Shown here: one piece after another, positions 42,428-57,627 of the stretch
How positions within the stretch are numbered: position 1 is the stretch's first letter
Layout of the letters: every line of letters starts with the position of its first letter
NCBI GenBank assembly: GCA_964016885.1
Contig: OZ024745.1
Coordinates: forward strand, 22,258,001 to 22,322,000
Origin: Eledone cirrhosa
Taxonomy: Eukaryota
Direction: 5' to 3'
DNA length: 64,000 nt
The notes under the pieces: model-generated
The model's database searches: none
Told to the model about the DNA's origin: nothing
What the model saw: the letters and a program-made list of their open reading frames with translations, nothing else
Made by a program: the position numbers and the translations under genes

Positions 42428-42610
42428 AGTGTCGGCTGAAATGTTCATAGGTTGACCGAAATACTCTCATGAGATTTATTTTTCAACATATTCTCTGGAA
42501 AGAAACAATGCAATTATTAATAAGCAGAGTTGAAATTAATACATGCACGATTTCACAGCTCTATCATCATTCCTTCATAGTCAGCCTATGAACGTTTCAG
42601 CCAGCCCTCG
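42426..42610. mobile_element. Mariner-type MITE
   Basis: TIRs caagtgtcggctgaaatgttcataggttgac / gtcagcctatgaacgtttcagccagccctcg; TA on both sides. Confidence 0.75.
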
Positions 42611-43612
42611 TATATAGACACGTACATATCAATATCTTGTTCATTCGTTTCTATGTATATAGCTGTTTATATTTCTAGGAAATGAAAATATAGTCCATTG
42701 ATTCGCAGCCAACATATAACTCGAATATATTCTATTCACCCTCTCAGAGAGTATCTATAAATTATATAACACTAACGCCAGAAAAGCGGGTTTAAATCCT
42801 TATTTGATTTCAGAATATAACAGAATTACAAAATTATCAGAATTAAAACATTATGAACAGGAAACCAGAAACCAGAAACTACGGAACCTATTTCAGTCAA
42901 TCAATGCATTTGTACTTTTCAATGTAAAACAAAAGTTGAAAATTACATGATTAAAATAATTAAAACCGTAAATCCAGTATCGCCGAACTTTCAATGTGAT
43001 TAGTCACTATTAATAATACGGGATATTTTAACTCGTCAAACGTATTCCGTCCTTCATGTTGTATTGCACTTAAGAACATAATCCTATAGAACAACACACA
43101 CACACATATGTATACACACGCGCACACACATACGCACACGCACACGCACACACACGCACACATATATATATCACGCAAATACAAACGCTTCTTCCTGTTC
43201 AAGCCGACCTTTTTACTTAACCGCTGATAAAGTCCTCGTTAACTCTTTATTTTTAATCTAAAGGGATTAATAAGGATTACGGATGGATTAATGGGATCCT
43301 TTAGGACTATCTTCTTCATTTCCCTATTTTTAATATGATTAATATGAACTCTGTTCTTTCGTCTTTTGCATTAGTGGCTGCCACAATTGCAATAGTAGTC
43401 CGTCCTAAAACCTCAATGCACTTTTTAATCAATTCCACAACCCTAATCACCACTGACACTCCCTCCCCAATCATTATCAATCCCCTAAGTACACCTACCA
43501 TTATTATAAGCACCAACAGCAGCAACAATAACAACAGCACCGATAATACCACCATAATCACCATCATTATCAACAACAACATTCTCTTCATCCTCCTCAG
43601 CATCAGCATCCT

Positions 43613-43677
<65 letters not shown>

Positions 43678-43841
43678 CCACAATTTCCCCTTCCTGCACA
43701 TTCTAATTATCATTATCATTATCACCATTATCCTCTGTATCACCATAAACCCTATCTCTGATAGTGTCTCTATCATTTCTTATCCTTCTATAATTGTCAA
43801 CTCCTTCCTAACATCATTAAAGTTGTCATCATTAATTCACA

Positions 43842-45297
43842 TATTATAATAAACACCATCTATACCATTGCCACCTTAACTATTACCACTTGCTATTATA
43901 ATAAACACCATCTATACCATTGCCACCTTAACTATTACCACTTTCTACTATAATAAACACCATCTATACCATTGCCACCTTAACTATTACCACTTGCTAT
44001 TATAATAAACACCATCTATACCATTGCCACCTTAACTATTACCACTTGCTATTATAATAAACACCATCTATACCATTGCCACCTTAACTATTACCACTTT
44101 CTATTATAATAAACACCATCTATACCATTGCCACTTTAACTATTACCACTTTCTATTATAATAAACACCATCTATACCATTGCCACCTTAACTATTACCA
44201 CTTTCTATTATAATAAACACCATCTATACCATTGCCACTTTAACTATTACCACTTTCTATTATAATAAACACCATCTATACCATTGCCACCTTAACTATT
44301 ACCACTTTCTATTATAATAAACACCATCTATACCATTGCCACTTTAACTATTACCACTTGCTATTATAATAAACACCATCTATACCATTGCCACTTTAAC
44401 TATTACCACTTTCTATTATAATAAACACCATCTATACCATTGCCACTTTAACTATTACCACTTTCTATTATAATAAACACCATCTATACCATTGCCACCT
44501 TAACTATTACCACTTTCTATTATAATAAACACCATCTATACCATTGCCACTTTAACTATTACCACTTTCTATTATAATAAACACCATCTATACCATTGCC
44601 ACCTTAACTATTACCACTTTCTATTATAATAAACACCATCTATACCATTGCCACTTTAACTATTACCACTTTCTATTATAATAAACACCATCTATACCAT
44701 TGCCACTTTAACTATTACCACTTGCTATTATAATAAACACCATCTATACCATTGCCACCTTAACTATTACCACTTGCTATTATAATAAACACCATCTATA
44801 CCATTGCCACCTTAACTATTACCACTTTCTACTATAATAAACACCATCTATACCATTGCCACCTTAACTATTACCACTTTCTATTATAATAAACACCATC
44901 TATACCATTGCCACCTTAACTATTACCACTTGCTATTATAATAAACACCATCTATACCATTGCCACCTTAACTATTACCACTTTCTACTATAATAAACAC
45001 CATCTATACCATTGCCACCTTAACTATTACCACTTTCTATTATAATAAACACCATCTATACCATTGCCACCTTAACTATTACCACTTGCTATTATAATAA
45101 ACACCATCTATACCATTGCCACCTTAACTATTACCACTTTCTATTATAATAAACACCATCTATACCATTGCCACCTTAACTATTACCACTTTCTATTATA
45201 ATAAACACCATCTATACCATTGCCACCTTAACTATTACCACTTGCTATTATAATAAACACCATCTATACCATTGCCACCTTAACTATTACCACTTGC
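43842..45297. repeat. 52-bp minisatellite, ~28 copies
   Basis: Unit TATTATAATAAACACCATCTATACCATTGCCAC(C/T)TTAACTATTACCACTT(G/T)C; period 52. Confidence 0.97.
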
Positions 45298-45419
45298 GGT
45301 CTGAGTTCAGATCCCGCCGAGGTTGACTTTGCCTTTCATCCTTACGGGGTCGATAAAATAAAGTACCAGTAATACACTGGGATAATTGCTGGCCTTGTGC
45401 CAAATGTAGAAACAATTAT
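45297..45419 (+). mobile_element. 5'-truncated SINE abutting the minisatellite
   Basis: Starts at cggtctgagttcag; core and tail intact. Confidence 0.8.
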
Positions 45420-45750
45420 CTTTAATTTCATCAAACACCACTAGTATTATCGTATCCCTACCATTATAACTACTATTACCACCATTACCAATATTAACGT
45501 GCTGAGCACCAATACCATCGTCATGACCACCAATACCATCGTCATGACCACTTGCCCAACTATTCTATCTATATCCATCCCACATCATCTCTACCTCTAT
45601 AACCAGAAACTTCACCCACCAACTAATATCACCACCAGCAAACCCATCACTAGTGCCATCAACACTATTATCAACAACACCAATACTAACTCTGCTAACA
45701 ATAGCAGTGATCACACTGCATTGTTTGCTTTGCTGTTTTCCGTCTATCTT

Positions 45751-45913
<163 letters not shown>

Positions 45914-46929
45914 TATACATATATATATAGAGAGAGAGAGAGAACACACATATATATATATATATAATACACTGTCTAGCTCTACACCTCGACACTGAAG
46001 TGAACCTAAACATCGAGTGCTCACCGGGTGAACCTATCGTAACTCCAAGTTACACACCCTGGATATATATATAAAGTTATATTAAAAAAAGTAGGCAAGA
46101 AGGAGAGTAGCCTGAATTTATCGTTCAAAAACCGATGCCCACAATGGAACAATTGCCATAAACAATTTGTGATGTGTTCCGCAATGTGTGACCAATAGAT
46201 CAGAGTGAGGTGTATGGAAAGAACTACGAAGAAGCAATGTAATTGGTTTATTTGATGCATCACAAAACATCTTGTCATCTAGTTTACAATATATGAAAAT
46301 ATGAAATACTAGTCTCAGTGCTAAGAACATTGCTAGCAATGTTCATCCTTGGCTTATCGCCACATTTGTGGCAGAATAGGGACAGCTGCTTAACGTGAAA
46401 GGTAACACGAAACTATATATAGTCAAGTAGAATCTACATAAATATATAAGTCCTCGAGACGTCTAAGACCACACATCTCCCCTAGAGTTGTACTTCGCTG
46501 TGGGTGCAGAATGAAAAACAATTAAACAGGTAGTAGAGAGCAGAATGATCTGTTGCTGTGCGAATGACAGTGTCACTTGATTTTCTACGCAAAGAAACTG
46601 GAGGCGTTAACCCTTTAGCATCTAAACCGACCGTATCCGGCCAGAGTTCTCTCACCTCTTTCTGTTCAAACCGGCTGTAACTGGTTTCTCATACTTATGT
46701 TAAGGTATTGTTCTCAAAATAAATAATATCAAAATCTCATAGATTCAATATTATGTGGGATAATAATTTACTGTGAAAATATAATAGTAAATATAGAGTA
46801 ATATAAATGCTAAAGGTTTAAGGAAGAAAGAGAGTGATGGGCAACAATGAACTTAGTACTGTGGGAAAATGGTCGTATCCTCAGTACGGTAGGAAGATGA
46901 GTGAATCCTTACAGTAGTATAACTCTATC

Positions 46930-47300
46930 GTTAAAAAGGCGATGAGGGGTTAGAGGGAAGTGCTATACCCCAATCACAACCCATTCCCAGTACATTTGTT
47001 AAAAGGTGGGTAAAATATAGCGAGGATGGCTCAAGTGAATGGGGGTCTAATATCAGCATGCACCTGTAGGAAGGGACACCTTTCTATTGTGCTCTTGGCG
47101 ATTAAGGCCGTTTCGGATATGTGGGGTTCCTAAACTACACCTGGGTGATGTCTCCTCCCCACCTACCCCACCCACCCCATATTGTTAATTGTTGCTTGTT
47201 GTCCCTTTTTTAAACATTTTTATGTAAATCTTCACTGTCCTTGTTTTATTGTATTGTCCATTATGTTTCAGCCGTAGTGGTCAATAGAGAAATAATTTTG
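46930..47300 (+). mobile_element. 3' fragment of a related Tx1-like LINE ending in (AGT)n
   Basis: REVLYP and FVKRWVK..ARMAQVNG match the ORF2 C-terminus of the other copies; T-rich 3' UTR, then agtagtagt. Confidence 0.6.
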
Positions 47301-47380
47301 AGTAGTAGTAGTGGTGGTAGTACTAGTAGTATTTGTTGTTATAGTTGTGGTGGTAGTAGAGGTGGTGATGTTGTTGTTGT

Positions 47381-47441
<61 letters not shown>

Positions 47442-47626
47442 TGTATTTATACTATTGTCTTCCATTTTCCTAAAGATTGTCTGTTGCCTCAGGCTCTTTA
47501 TATTTCTTTGGCTTCCTTGAAGACAGAAACTAGTTTTATATTCTCTATCATCTATATTTTATACTTTGTATACTATTTTCATTGCATTGAGCCAAGAATA
47601 GGAGCATCTTTCATTGTCATGTGCAC

Positions 47627-48248
47627 CAGTGGATTGACAGTATCGGTAGAAGGTCTGACGTCATACTTTGCAGCATAGAGTTACGTCCCCTTGCCGTGTG
47701 AGTTCAAATTCCGCCGAGGTTAACTTTGCCTTTCATCCTTACGGGGGTCGATAAAATAAAGTACCAGTAACACACTGGGTAATTGCTGTCCTTGTGCCAA
47801 AAGTAGAAACAATTATTTACAGGGCGGTGGATTGGCAGAATCAGTAGAGAGTCGGATGGTCCTTTAAGGTCTGAGTTCAAATCTCGCCGAGGTTAACTTT
47901 GCCTTTCATCTTTACAGGGTCGATAAAATAAAGCACCAGTAACATTCTGGGGTCTATTTAATTGACTTTCCTCTCCCCAAAATTACTGACATTGTGCCTA
48001 TACTAGAAACAATTATTTACAGTGTATAGGGTGGTGGATTGGCAGAATTAGCAGAGCGTCAGACGCCATGTTTCGTGGCATAGAGTGACGTCCCTTTACT
48101 TCTGAGTTCCAATCCCGTCGAGATTAGCCTTGTCTTCTGTCCACACGGGTGGATGAAATAAAAGCACCAGTAACATACCGGTGTCGATCTAATCGACGTC
48201 GCCTCCCCCAAATTGCTGGCCTTGTGCCTATATAAGAAACCATTATTT
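47627..48248 (+). mobile_element. Head-to-tail SINE trimer
   Basis: Three SINE cores, each followed by attatttacag(tgta). Confidence 0.8.
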
Positions 48249-48433
48249 ACAGTGTATTGTTATAACCCGACAATATATAATTGATAAGTTTCTAGCTGCA
48301 AAATACTCATATCTCTATGTATTCGGAGCAAATAAATATATACATATATATAAAATCTGACATATATATATATATAAAATCTGATATATATATATATATA
48401 TATATAATCTGACATATATATATATAAAATCTG

Positions 48434-48508
<75 letters not shown>

Positions 48509-48619
48509 CTGACATATGTAAATATATATATATATATATATAAAATCTGACATATGTAAATATATATATATATATGTATATATATGTATATATACATGTG
48601 TGTGTGTCAGATTTTCGAT

Positions 48620-50650
48620 GGTGAATTCTAGATGCAGGTATTAATCTTCTTGATTTCCTGTCTAGTCTTGATATTTCACTTAGTTCCCAGATGTGAATAT
48701 TAAATCAAGTTTTTATTACTGGTACCACTAGAATATTGTTGCCTATTACCATACTTTTTGCATTGAACTGTGTTTTAAGTATCAATCTAATGAGTCTTTT
48801 ATATTCCAATCTACTACTTTTTTTATATATTTTCTGTTGTATTCTTACTACTGAAACATTTGTGAGGGTTTGGTTTAGTTCGATAAACACTTTTTTTTTT
48901 ACAAATCTAAAATTACATATGAGATTTAAGCTTGTTTTTATGCAAGCTTCTAAAACTTAATTTTGTCTATTCTTTTTCTTAGTCCGTGTAGTGTCTCTTG
49001 ATAGGTTTTTCATCTCTAGCATAAAACTTGAAAGCACTCATATGCACATGCTTGTTTATCGTCCCTTTATAGCATTTTTTATCTGGGTCCAGTCTTATGT
49101 AGCCAGCAACTCCTGGGGGTGGCGTAGCCGTACCCTATTGACATACAGCATTTCTAAGGCATTTTAAAACCTGACGGAGCTGCTCATCTTTTCTCCAGGT
49201 CCGAAGAAGGATAGAGAGTGTGAGAGAAATGAAGTGAGAAAGAAATATAGAGGAAGAATCGACCCCAGTATTAGACTGGTACTTTATCAACCTCGAATGG
49301 ATGAAAGGCAAAGTTGACCTCAGCAGGATTTGAACTCAGAGAACAGAGAGCTGAAAGGAATACCGCAAATCAATTTACCCGACGTTCTAATGACTCTGCC
49401 TCTTCCTGTGTAGCATGTTGGTTAAAGGTGTTAACGAAAAACAATAAAAGGGACGGAAGGATACACTCTCCTTGGCATTTCTTTCTCTCATAAGGATGGA
49501 AATAGTTTTTAACACTTCCTCTTCAAGTTGTATTTGCAGAATTGTTTGCTATTTAATAATTGTTTCTACTTTTAGCACAAGACCAGCAATTATCCCAATG
49601 TATTACTGGTACTTTATTTTATCGACCGCCGTAAGGATGAAAGGTAAAGTTAACCTCGGAGGGATTTGAACTCAGACCATAAAGGGACGTAACTCTTTGT
49701 TGCAAAGCATGGCGTCCGACCCTCTACCGATACTGCCAATCCACCGCCCTTGTTTGATAGTCTACATTATTGAGGGTACTCCCTTACACGTAACCAATGT
49801 TTCTAGGAGCTATTGGTGCAGAAAACACTCAAATATCTATAGTGATCAATCTATTTTACGTTTGCATCTTCTCTACAGACTTCAGTTACAGGTTTTTTTC
49901 CATCAGTAATTGATCTATACAATCATATGAACCTTTGCAACATGCATTTTGTTCTGAAAATATGTGTTCCTTCTTCAGGTTATAATTTATCTTCTGCAAT
50001 ATTATTACATTGAAATTCTTCTAAACAGATAGGTTATGGTTATCTAATTTTTGTCTTTTGTTTTATTTTTATTGAGGGTGGAGGTTGGCGGTGTTTTTTT
50101 TTTTATTCTTGGAGATTCGGATGGTTTTCATTGCAGTGAGCCATTCATATGTTGTGCGTGTTTCTTTGCCAGTATCATTAGATACTTTTTTTTATTTTTG
50201 CCAGGAGTTTAAAACTTTTTTTTTGTAACGTCTGTGTTACTCCTTGATTTGTTATACTTTCCTTCTATAGTTAGTTGTTTTGAATGTTCTTTTTTCTGTG
50301 GTCATTCCTTGGCTATACTCCTCCTCATCAATATTCTATTTCTATTTCTGTTGACGCTGCATTAATTTCTATTTTTCTGTTTACCTACTACTTGATAGCA
50401 TAGTTTCTGGTTGTAGTTGAGTTGTTTGCTTTCTTCGAAGATCGTTTTCGTTTTTCAGAAGAACAGATTCTTTACACTTTAGTGAGGATCTCTTGTTTCA
50501 GGCGTTCTTTGATTTCGATTACTTCATTTTCTGTTATGTTGTATTTCTGTAATATTTGTCTCCCTCAGTTTATATATATTTATATATATTTTATTTATCT
50601 TTTCATTATTGATTTCATTAAATATTGACAGTGATTTTTTTTCCTTCTAT
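48620..50650 (-). mobile_element. Highly decayed R4/Dong-like (RLE-type) non-LTR RT relic, interrupted by SINEs (49090-49400, 49555-49748)
   Basis: Minus-strand remnants EQNACCKGSYDC.DQLL and EYKRLIRLILKTQFNAKS...VVPV resemble R4/Dong RT motifs; many stops and indels. Confidence 0.5.
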
Positions 50651-51004
50651 TTCGTATCTTTTTTCTGTACGTTTGTTTTTCCATGTTGTTTATTTGGGTA
50701 TTGATATTCCTTAATGAGTAGATGTGGAAGCGGCAAATTGTTAAATCCTAGCAGTATTTTAAGAGAATAACTTAGGGTATTTGTTCCCGCTTCTTGCGAA
50801 CTGATTACAAATCCTGTCGAGATTAAATTTACTTTTCATCCTTTCGGTGACAATAGAGTTGGAAGTTTCAGTTTTTGCTAGGAATCTTTAGAAATTTGAT
50901 AGATTGAGGATAATTTCAAATCACTTCTGCTTATTTTGACAGGTTGGGGACAAATCATTTTCTTCTTTTACTTCCTAGTTGTATATTCTTAGCATAATTT
51001 CAAA

Positions 51005-51033
51005 CCCCGGGCAACGCCGGGTAAATCTGCTAG
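51005..51033 (+). mobile_element. Helitron-type 3' terminus
   Basis: cccgggcaacgccggg-taaatctg-CTAG-T. Confidence 0.65.
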
Positions 51034-51342
51034 TATATATAACTATCTATATACATTCTATCTATATACACACACAGAGAATCTTATATTCTCAGGTAAA
51101 CCCGCCCTCATAGTTATATCCACATACTCTAACCCTTCCTCGCTAACTTTATTTCTTCCTATCTCTCTTCTTCTCTTTCAGTATCTCTCACTTACTCCTG
51201 CCAACTTTCTCCCCATTTTTCTTTTTCTCGTATTTCTTCTGCTACTTATCGGCCTTCATCTCTCTCTCTTTCCCCATCTCTCTCTCCCCTTATCTCTCCA
51301 CCTCTCTCCCCTTCTCTCTCTCTCAATCTTTCCCTCTCCCCT

Positions 51343-51385
<43 letters not shown>

Positions 51386-51545
51386 CTTTTCTCCCTTAAT
51401 CTCACACGCTTCCTTGCACCACCTTATTTTTTCCCATTCTTTCACTCGCATTTCTTCCTCTACATGTATTCCCCCTCTCCTTCGTTTTCTCTCTCTCTCT
51501 CCATCTTTAACTACCCCTATTACTATCTTTCTCTCTCTCTCTCTC

Positions 51546-51642
<97 letters not shown>

Positions 51643-51719
51643 TTCACGCACACACTTTCTCACTTTCTTTTATTCTGTGTTCATTTTCCTTCCGACTTTT
51701 TCGCTGCTTTTTTTTTACA

Positions 51720-51754
<35 letters not shown>

Positions 51755-51928
51755 GTGGTCATTTCTCTGACCGCTCCTCCTATTTATAGTCTGCTCTCTT
51801 CCTTTGTGACTCACGCACACACCCACACAGACACACACAAACTCTGCTCCAGTGCCCTTAACAAATGATGACCTGATCATCTGACATTTCAAAAGGTTAT
51901 TTCTCTCGCAGAAGTCAAGCATACCCTC

Positions 51929-52013
<85 letters not shown>

Positions 52014-52022
52014 CCACCCACC

Positions 52023-52068
<46 letters not shown>

Positions 52069-52081
52069 TGCATGTATACAT

Positions 52082-52149
<68 letters not shown>

Positions 52150-52615
52150 GTATGTTAGTATATGTATATGAATGTATATATATATATACAAATCCCACAC
52201 ACATTCACGCACGCACACATGTATAGTCACGTAAATACGTACTTGCATGCTGTGGTAAATTGACGCATACAGATACTCTGTGAGACATATATACACACAT
52301 ATCAGCAACATCCAAATCTCACTAGGCACACAAACACACGCACATACACCTACATGTACACATACGTTTACTCTCTTAGCAACACAAACATGTACACAGC
52401 CGTTTATAAGTCATTGGAATATACATCAACGCATTCATCCACACATATAAACCAGCACACGCAATACAACCATACATGGGTACATACATATACGCACATA
52501 CACCATCAAACCTGAATAGACATACATATATATATACATATCTATGTGCATATGTGCATATGTGAATATATATATATATAAATGCAAATGAACACACACA
52601 CACACACACACACAT

Positions 52616-52659
<44 letters not shown>

Positions 52660-52713
52660 GCATACATACATACATTCATAAATATAATTTTAGATAGATA
52701 GATATTTGGATAA

Positions 52714-52760
<47 letters not shown>

Positions 52761-53299
52761 TGTACGTATACACGCACACATACACGAATAACGACAGACA
52801 GACTTATATACATACGCATATACACACAGAACAGCGTGTATACAAATGCATTGACACATGCATGCATACACATACCAACCTACACACATACATTTAAAGA
52901 AACGCCTCAGAATGGGTGCTGACACAAGAACCGAATTACACACACATACACAAACATCACGCGCACTTACGTATACACACACATATTCACACACACACAC
53001 ATACACACTTACAGACAGTCCTTGTTTTAAATATATCGTCTACGACTACATAGGATATGATAATGACATTGGTAAAATCGCTTTACCCAAGCGCATTAAA
53101 AGTCATATGTGCACATACACCGCTAGGTTTATATTTAATATAGGAAATATTATCTCTCGTTTTGTTTTATAACCTGAAACCATATTTGATCCAATATTGT
53201 CGAAAAAGTTAACGAATGAAAAACAATCCTTGCAAACATGGTTAGCATTTGAATATCATATACTAAATTACTAATAACTCAACGTTAGTAGATCTATTT

Positions 53300-53535
53300 A
53301 AACTAGGACTGACCTGGGTTTAAACAGCAAAATATACCAGTCTATATACCCTAGGTGGACTTAGTCCAAGACTGATATGGGCTTAAAAAGCAGCTTATAC
53401 CCTCCATTTAAACCCGAGGTGTTTTTAGTCCAGTACTGACCAGGGATAAATAGCAGCTTATACCCTTCTATAAACCCTAGGTGGACTTAGTCCAAGACTA
53501 ACATTGGGCTTAAATAGCAGCTAATACCGTTCTAT
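53300..53535. repeat. Diverged ~60-bp tandem repeat (~4 units)
   Basis: Recurring ccctaggtggacttagtccaagact...gggcttaaa.agcagct. Confidence 0.7.
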
Positions 53536-54798
53536 AATATATGGTCTGATTCCGTAACTCCTGTGGAAGTCATAAGAGTGCAGTATTGACATACAGCGTT
53601 TCTAGGGCATTTCTTCTTTAAACTGGTGGAGCCCAATCTTCTCAAGGTCTAAATACTGTTGATTTCTTCCATAGAAGTATAGAGAAAGTGAAAGAAAGCA
53701 AGTGAGGAAGAGACAGAGAAGAAGAATCAATCCTAGGACTTGACGTACTTTTTTTATCGACTTTCAGTGGATGAAAGGCAAAGTTGACCTCGGTGGGATA
53801 AGAACTCAGAAAGCAGAGAGCCATAACTAATACAGCAAAGCATTCTATCCGACGTTCTAACTCCTCTGCCGCCGCCTAAACAGCAACCCAACTATATAAC
53901 TATCTCGACGTTTCTTCGTTGTCGATGTTTTAGAGCTTTCTTTATCGATACTAGCAGAAAAACAACCCTTAGGGTGGTTTTTCTGCTAGCATGTGTAGTG
54001 TGTATATTGATATTATACGCAGGAATATATACATGTAGATATGATACATCAAATAAAAACGTAATTGACAATATACACAGAAATTGAAGGAAGACTGTGT
54101 TACACTGTCTTCTGTAATCAGGAACGTAATCCATGATACATTAAAAGAGACGATATCTTATATATAAACTGCATTAGGAGAAAATTAGTGACGGAAATAT
54201 GAATGTTTATTTAAGCGATCGCTAACCGGAAGTGTTGACATTTGAAAAATTTAAAGAAGTGAGTCTTTAAATAAAATATATTTAATGAACAACCATGAAA
54301 TTTAGTAGATAAATTATGTAACTTTGCCTTTCATCCTTACGTGGTTGATAAAATAAAGTACCCGCAATACACTGGGTTATTACTGGCCTTGTGCCAAAAG
54401 TAGAAACAATTATTTATTCAAAGTAATCCACTTATTTTACAAACGGGATAAACAAATATATTCTGGATGCAGTCCCGGACTCCTTACTTTATTAAAGTTT
54501 AGATTGCTGATTACATTCCTACTGATATTCCTACTGATTTTGACCTCCATATCCCTAATGTTTTAGCTGAATATTCACCGCATTCATTTCACCATCTCAA
54601 ACCGGCATATAGTCTAACGCTCTATCGAGACTAATAATCCTTGTGCAGAAATAGCCGTCGAAATGGCTTGAGCTCTGCCGTCCGGGTCTTGAACATTTTC
54701 CTATTACCCACTCTACTAGCCTAAGTATTGAGTACTGTGGTGCGTTATGGTCCATCTGGTTCCTTACCACACTTCCTTCGTTATATATATACATATAT

Positions 54799-54978
<180 letters not shown>

Positions 54979-55801
54979 ATTTTCTAACATTAATATCCCT
55001 ATATGGGTCCATATATATATATATTTGAGCGAAGCAGTATTCTTTGGAGCATTGAAAAACAAGAATGAAACGCATTTTTAATAACTTTCCGTTAAATTTT
55101 CCAGGCTTCGGGATGTAATATTTGATTGTTCTACTTATAAAAAGAAATTGTTCATACTATATGCATTTATGTATTTATGTATGTATGTAAGTATGTTTGT
55201 CTATCTGCATGTATGTATATACATATATACATACACAAACACACACACATATATTTGATTGTGTTTGTGCGCGCGCGTGCGTTTGTGTTACTAATATTAG
55301 TTACGGTTTAGTTTGGCTACTACACAGGCATGGAAATTCAATTTTCTCTGATATTAAAACTTAATATCTTAAAATATTCTATTTTTTTTCAGTGAGTGTT
55401 GCTAACAATTGTGAGTAGGTTTTGGTTGATGTTCCTCAACTAAGAAACACATTTCAAACCATTTCAAATGTTTGGAGCACATCATCAAGTATATCACCAC
55501 CTACGTGGATTTATATCACCACCTACCTAGATATATATCACCACCTTACCTGGATTATATCACCACCTACCTGTATTTATATCTCCACCTGCCTGGATTA
55601 TACAAACTCATACATTTGCTCTACTTGAATTATTTATATCAGCTAACGTTTTTAAATGATTACAACAAAAGAGACTTTTACGAATCCTAAAATTGAGTCA
55701 TGTTTGAGAAAATATAATTAGTAGAATCCAGCTATTCCTGCCCTTGAGAAAGCTGAATGCAGCAACACCTTTTCACAATCAAAATTCATAGATCATATAA
55801 T

Positions 55802-55992
55802 TGTTTCTACTTTTGGCACAAGGCCAGCAATTACCCAGTGCATTACTGGTACTTTATTTTATCGACCCCGATAGGATGAAAAGCAAAGTTAACCTCGGCG
55901 GGATTTGAACTCAGCATAGCAAGGGCCGTAACTCTATGCGCCAAAGCATGGCGTCCAATCCTCTACTGATACTGCCAATCCACCGCATATGA
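55802..55992 (-). mobile_element. Young SINE with 16-bp target-site duplication
   Basis: TSD tcatagatcatataat at 55786-55801 and 55993-56008. Confidence 0.85.
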
Positions 55993-56214
55993 TCATAGAT
56001 CATATAATGTGTTGCAAAGAGTGGTGTATATCAAAATACACAACGACGCGTATACCGAACGCTTGGCCATCATGGCACCACACTGCCTCAAGGATAATAT
56101 AGGAAATTAAAAAAAATCTGTACATATACAGATGAACACTGGGTTCTGGAATTTTCTAACTTTCACAGATATTTCGTCATCAATAGATTCGAATAATTAA
56201 AAAATAAGAGACTT

Positions 56215-56406
56215 CGAGAGTCGGCTGAAAAGTTCATAGGCTTACCATGAAGGAGTGATTCTAGAGTTGTGAAATCTTGCATGCATTAATTTCAACTCTT
56301 CTTTTTAATAACTGCTTTGTTTCTTTCCCGAGACTATGTTGAAACATAAACCTCATTTGGTCATTTTTCATATTGGTCAACCCATGAAGCACTCAGCCGA
56401 TTCTCA
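56215..56406. mobile_element. Mariner-type MITE (same family as 42426-42610, opposite orientation)
   Basis: TIR cgagagtcggctgaaaagttcatagg / cccatgaagcactcagccgattctca. Confidence 0.65.
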
Positions 56407-56755
56407 TACATAACCGGTATGAAGAACCAGTTAGTCTACTGTAGGGGTATGCTCCCCCAAAAGCAAAACAGACGAGTCACATATCATAGTTGTAAATTCC
56501 ATGTTTGGGTTGCCTCCATTACAAATATATTGGTATGGTTCTTCAGCCACTGTGGGTGGCAGTTACAGCAATGTCAATTTCTTAACATTGCTAATAAACA
56601 ATAAACATTATCCAGAAACATCACACACGTGTTCCATCTGTTACTGAAGGAACCTGCCACCATCGCCACCACCATCACCAACGCCGTTAACTAGCACAAC
56701 CAGCAACCACCAGCAACCACCACCACCGGAACGACATATGTATGTATATATATAT

Positions 56756-56836
<81 letters not shown>

Positions 56837-57005
56837 ATATATATATATATAGAATTATATATGTATATAAATATATATATATATTATATATATATATATA
56901 TATATGAAGGAGGTGAGTTTTATTGTAGTACAATAAAGCAATGCAGATATCGGATAAGAAATGCGCATAATAAAATACATGGAACTCTTTTAACCATCTT
57001 TTGTT

Positions 57006-57071
<66 letters not shown>

Positions 57072-57079
<8 letters not shown>

Positions 57080-57376
57080 TATAAATATTAATAAAATAGA
57101 TGTTCTTTTGGTCAATTAAATTTTATTAAACATATTTCAGAGGTACAACAGTACGTCCTCATCAAACAAAACATAATGACACATGAAATACCCAAGGATG
57201 TTAAATGGTTAAGATTTAATTAAGGTAGTACCTTGATTAAATCTTAACCATTTAACATCTCAGGGTATGTCATGTATCATTATATTTTGTCTGATGAGGA
57301 CGTACTGTTGTACCTCTGAAATATGTATAATAAAATTTAATTGACCAAAAGAACATCTATTTTATTAATATTTATA

Positions 57377-57384
<8 letters not shown>
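57072..57384. mobile_element. ~155-bp-arm palindrome in (TA)n with HHR-like core (PLE-like)
   Basis: Centre aaggta-g-tacctt at 57228; CTGATGA-ggacgtac(tgtt)gtacctct-GAAA at 57291-57321. Confidence 0.75.
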
Positions 57385-57437
<53 letters not shown>

Positions 57438-57557
57438 GGGTGTAACCACATGTATACATTCGAGCGGATACATACATATATGTATATATTTATATGCATA
57501 TTTATTAGACAAATACTATATTACCTCATTTGGGTCACTATACACACACACACACGT

Positions 57558-57590
<33 letters not shown>

Positions 57591-57627
57591 GGAGTAGGGC
57601 ATAGATAGATAGATAGATAGATAGATA

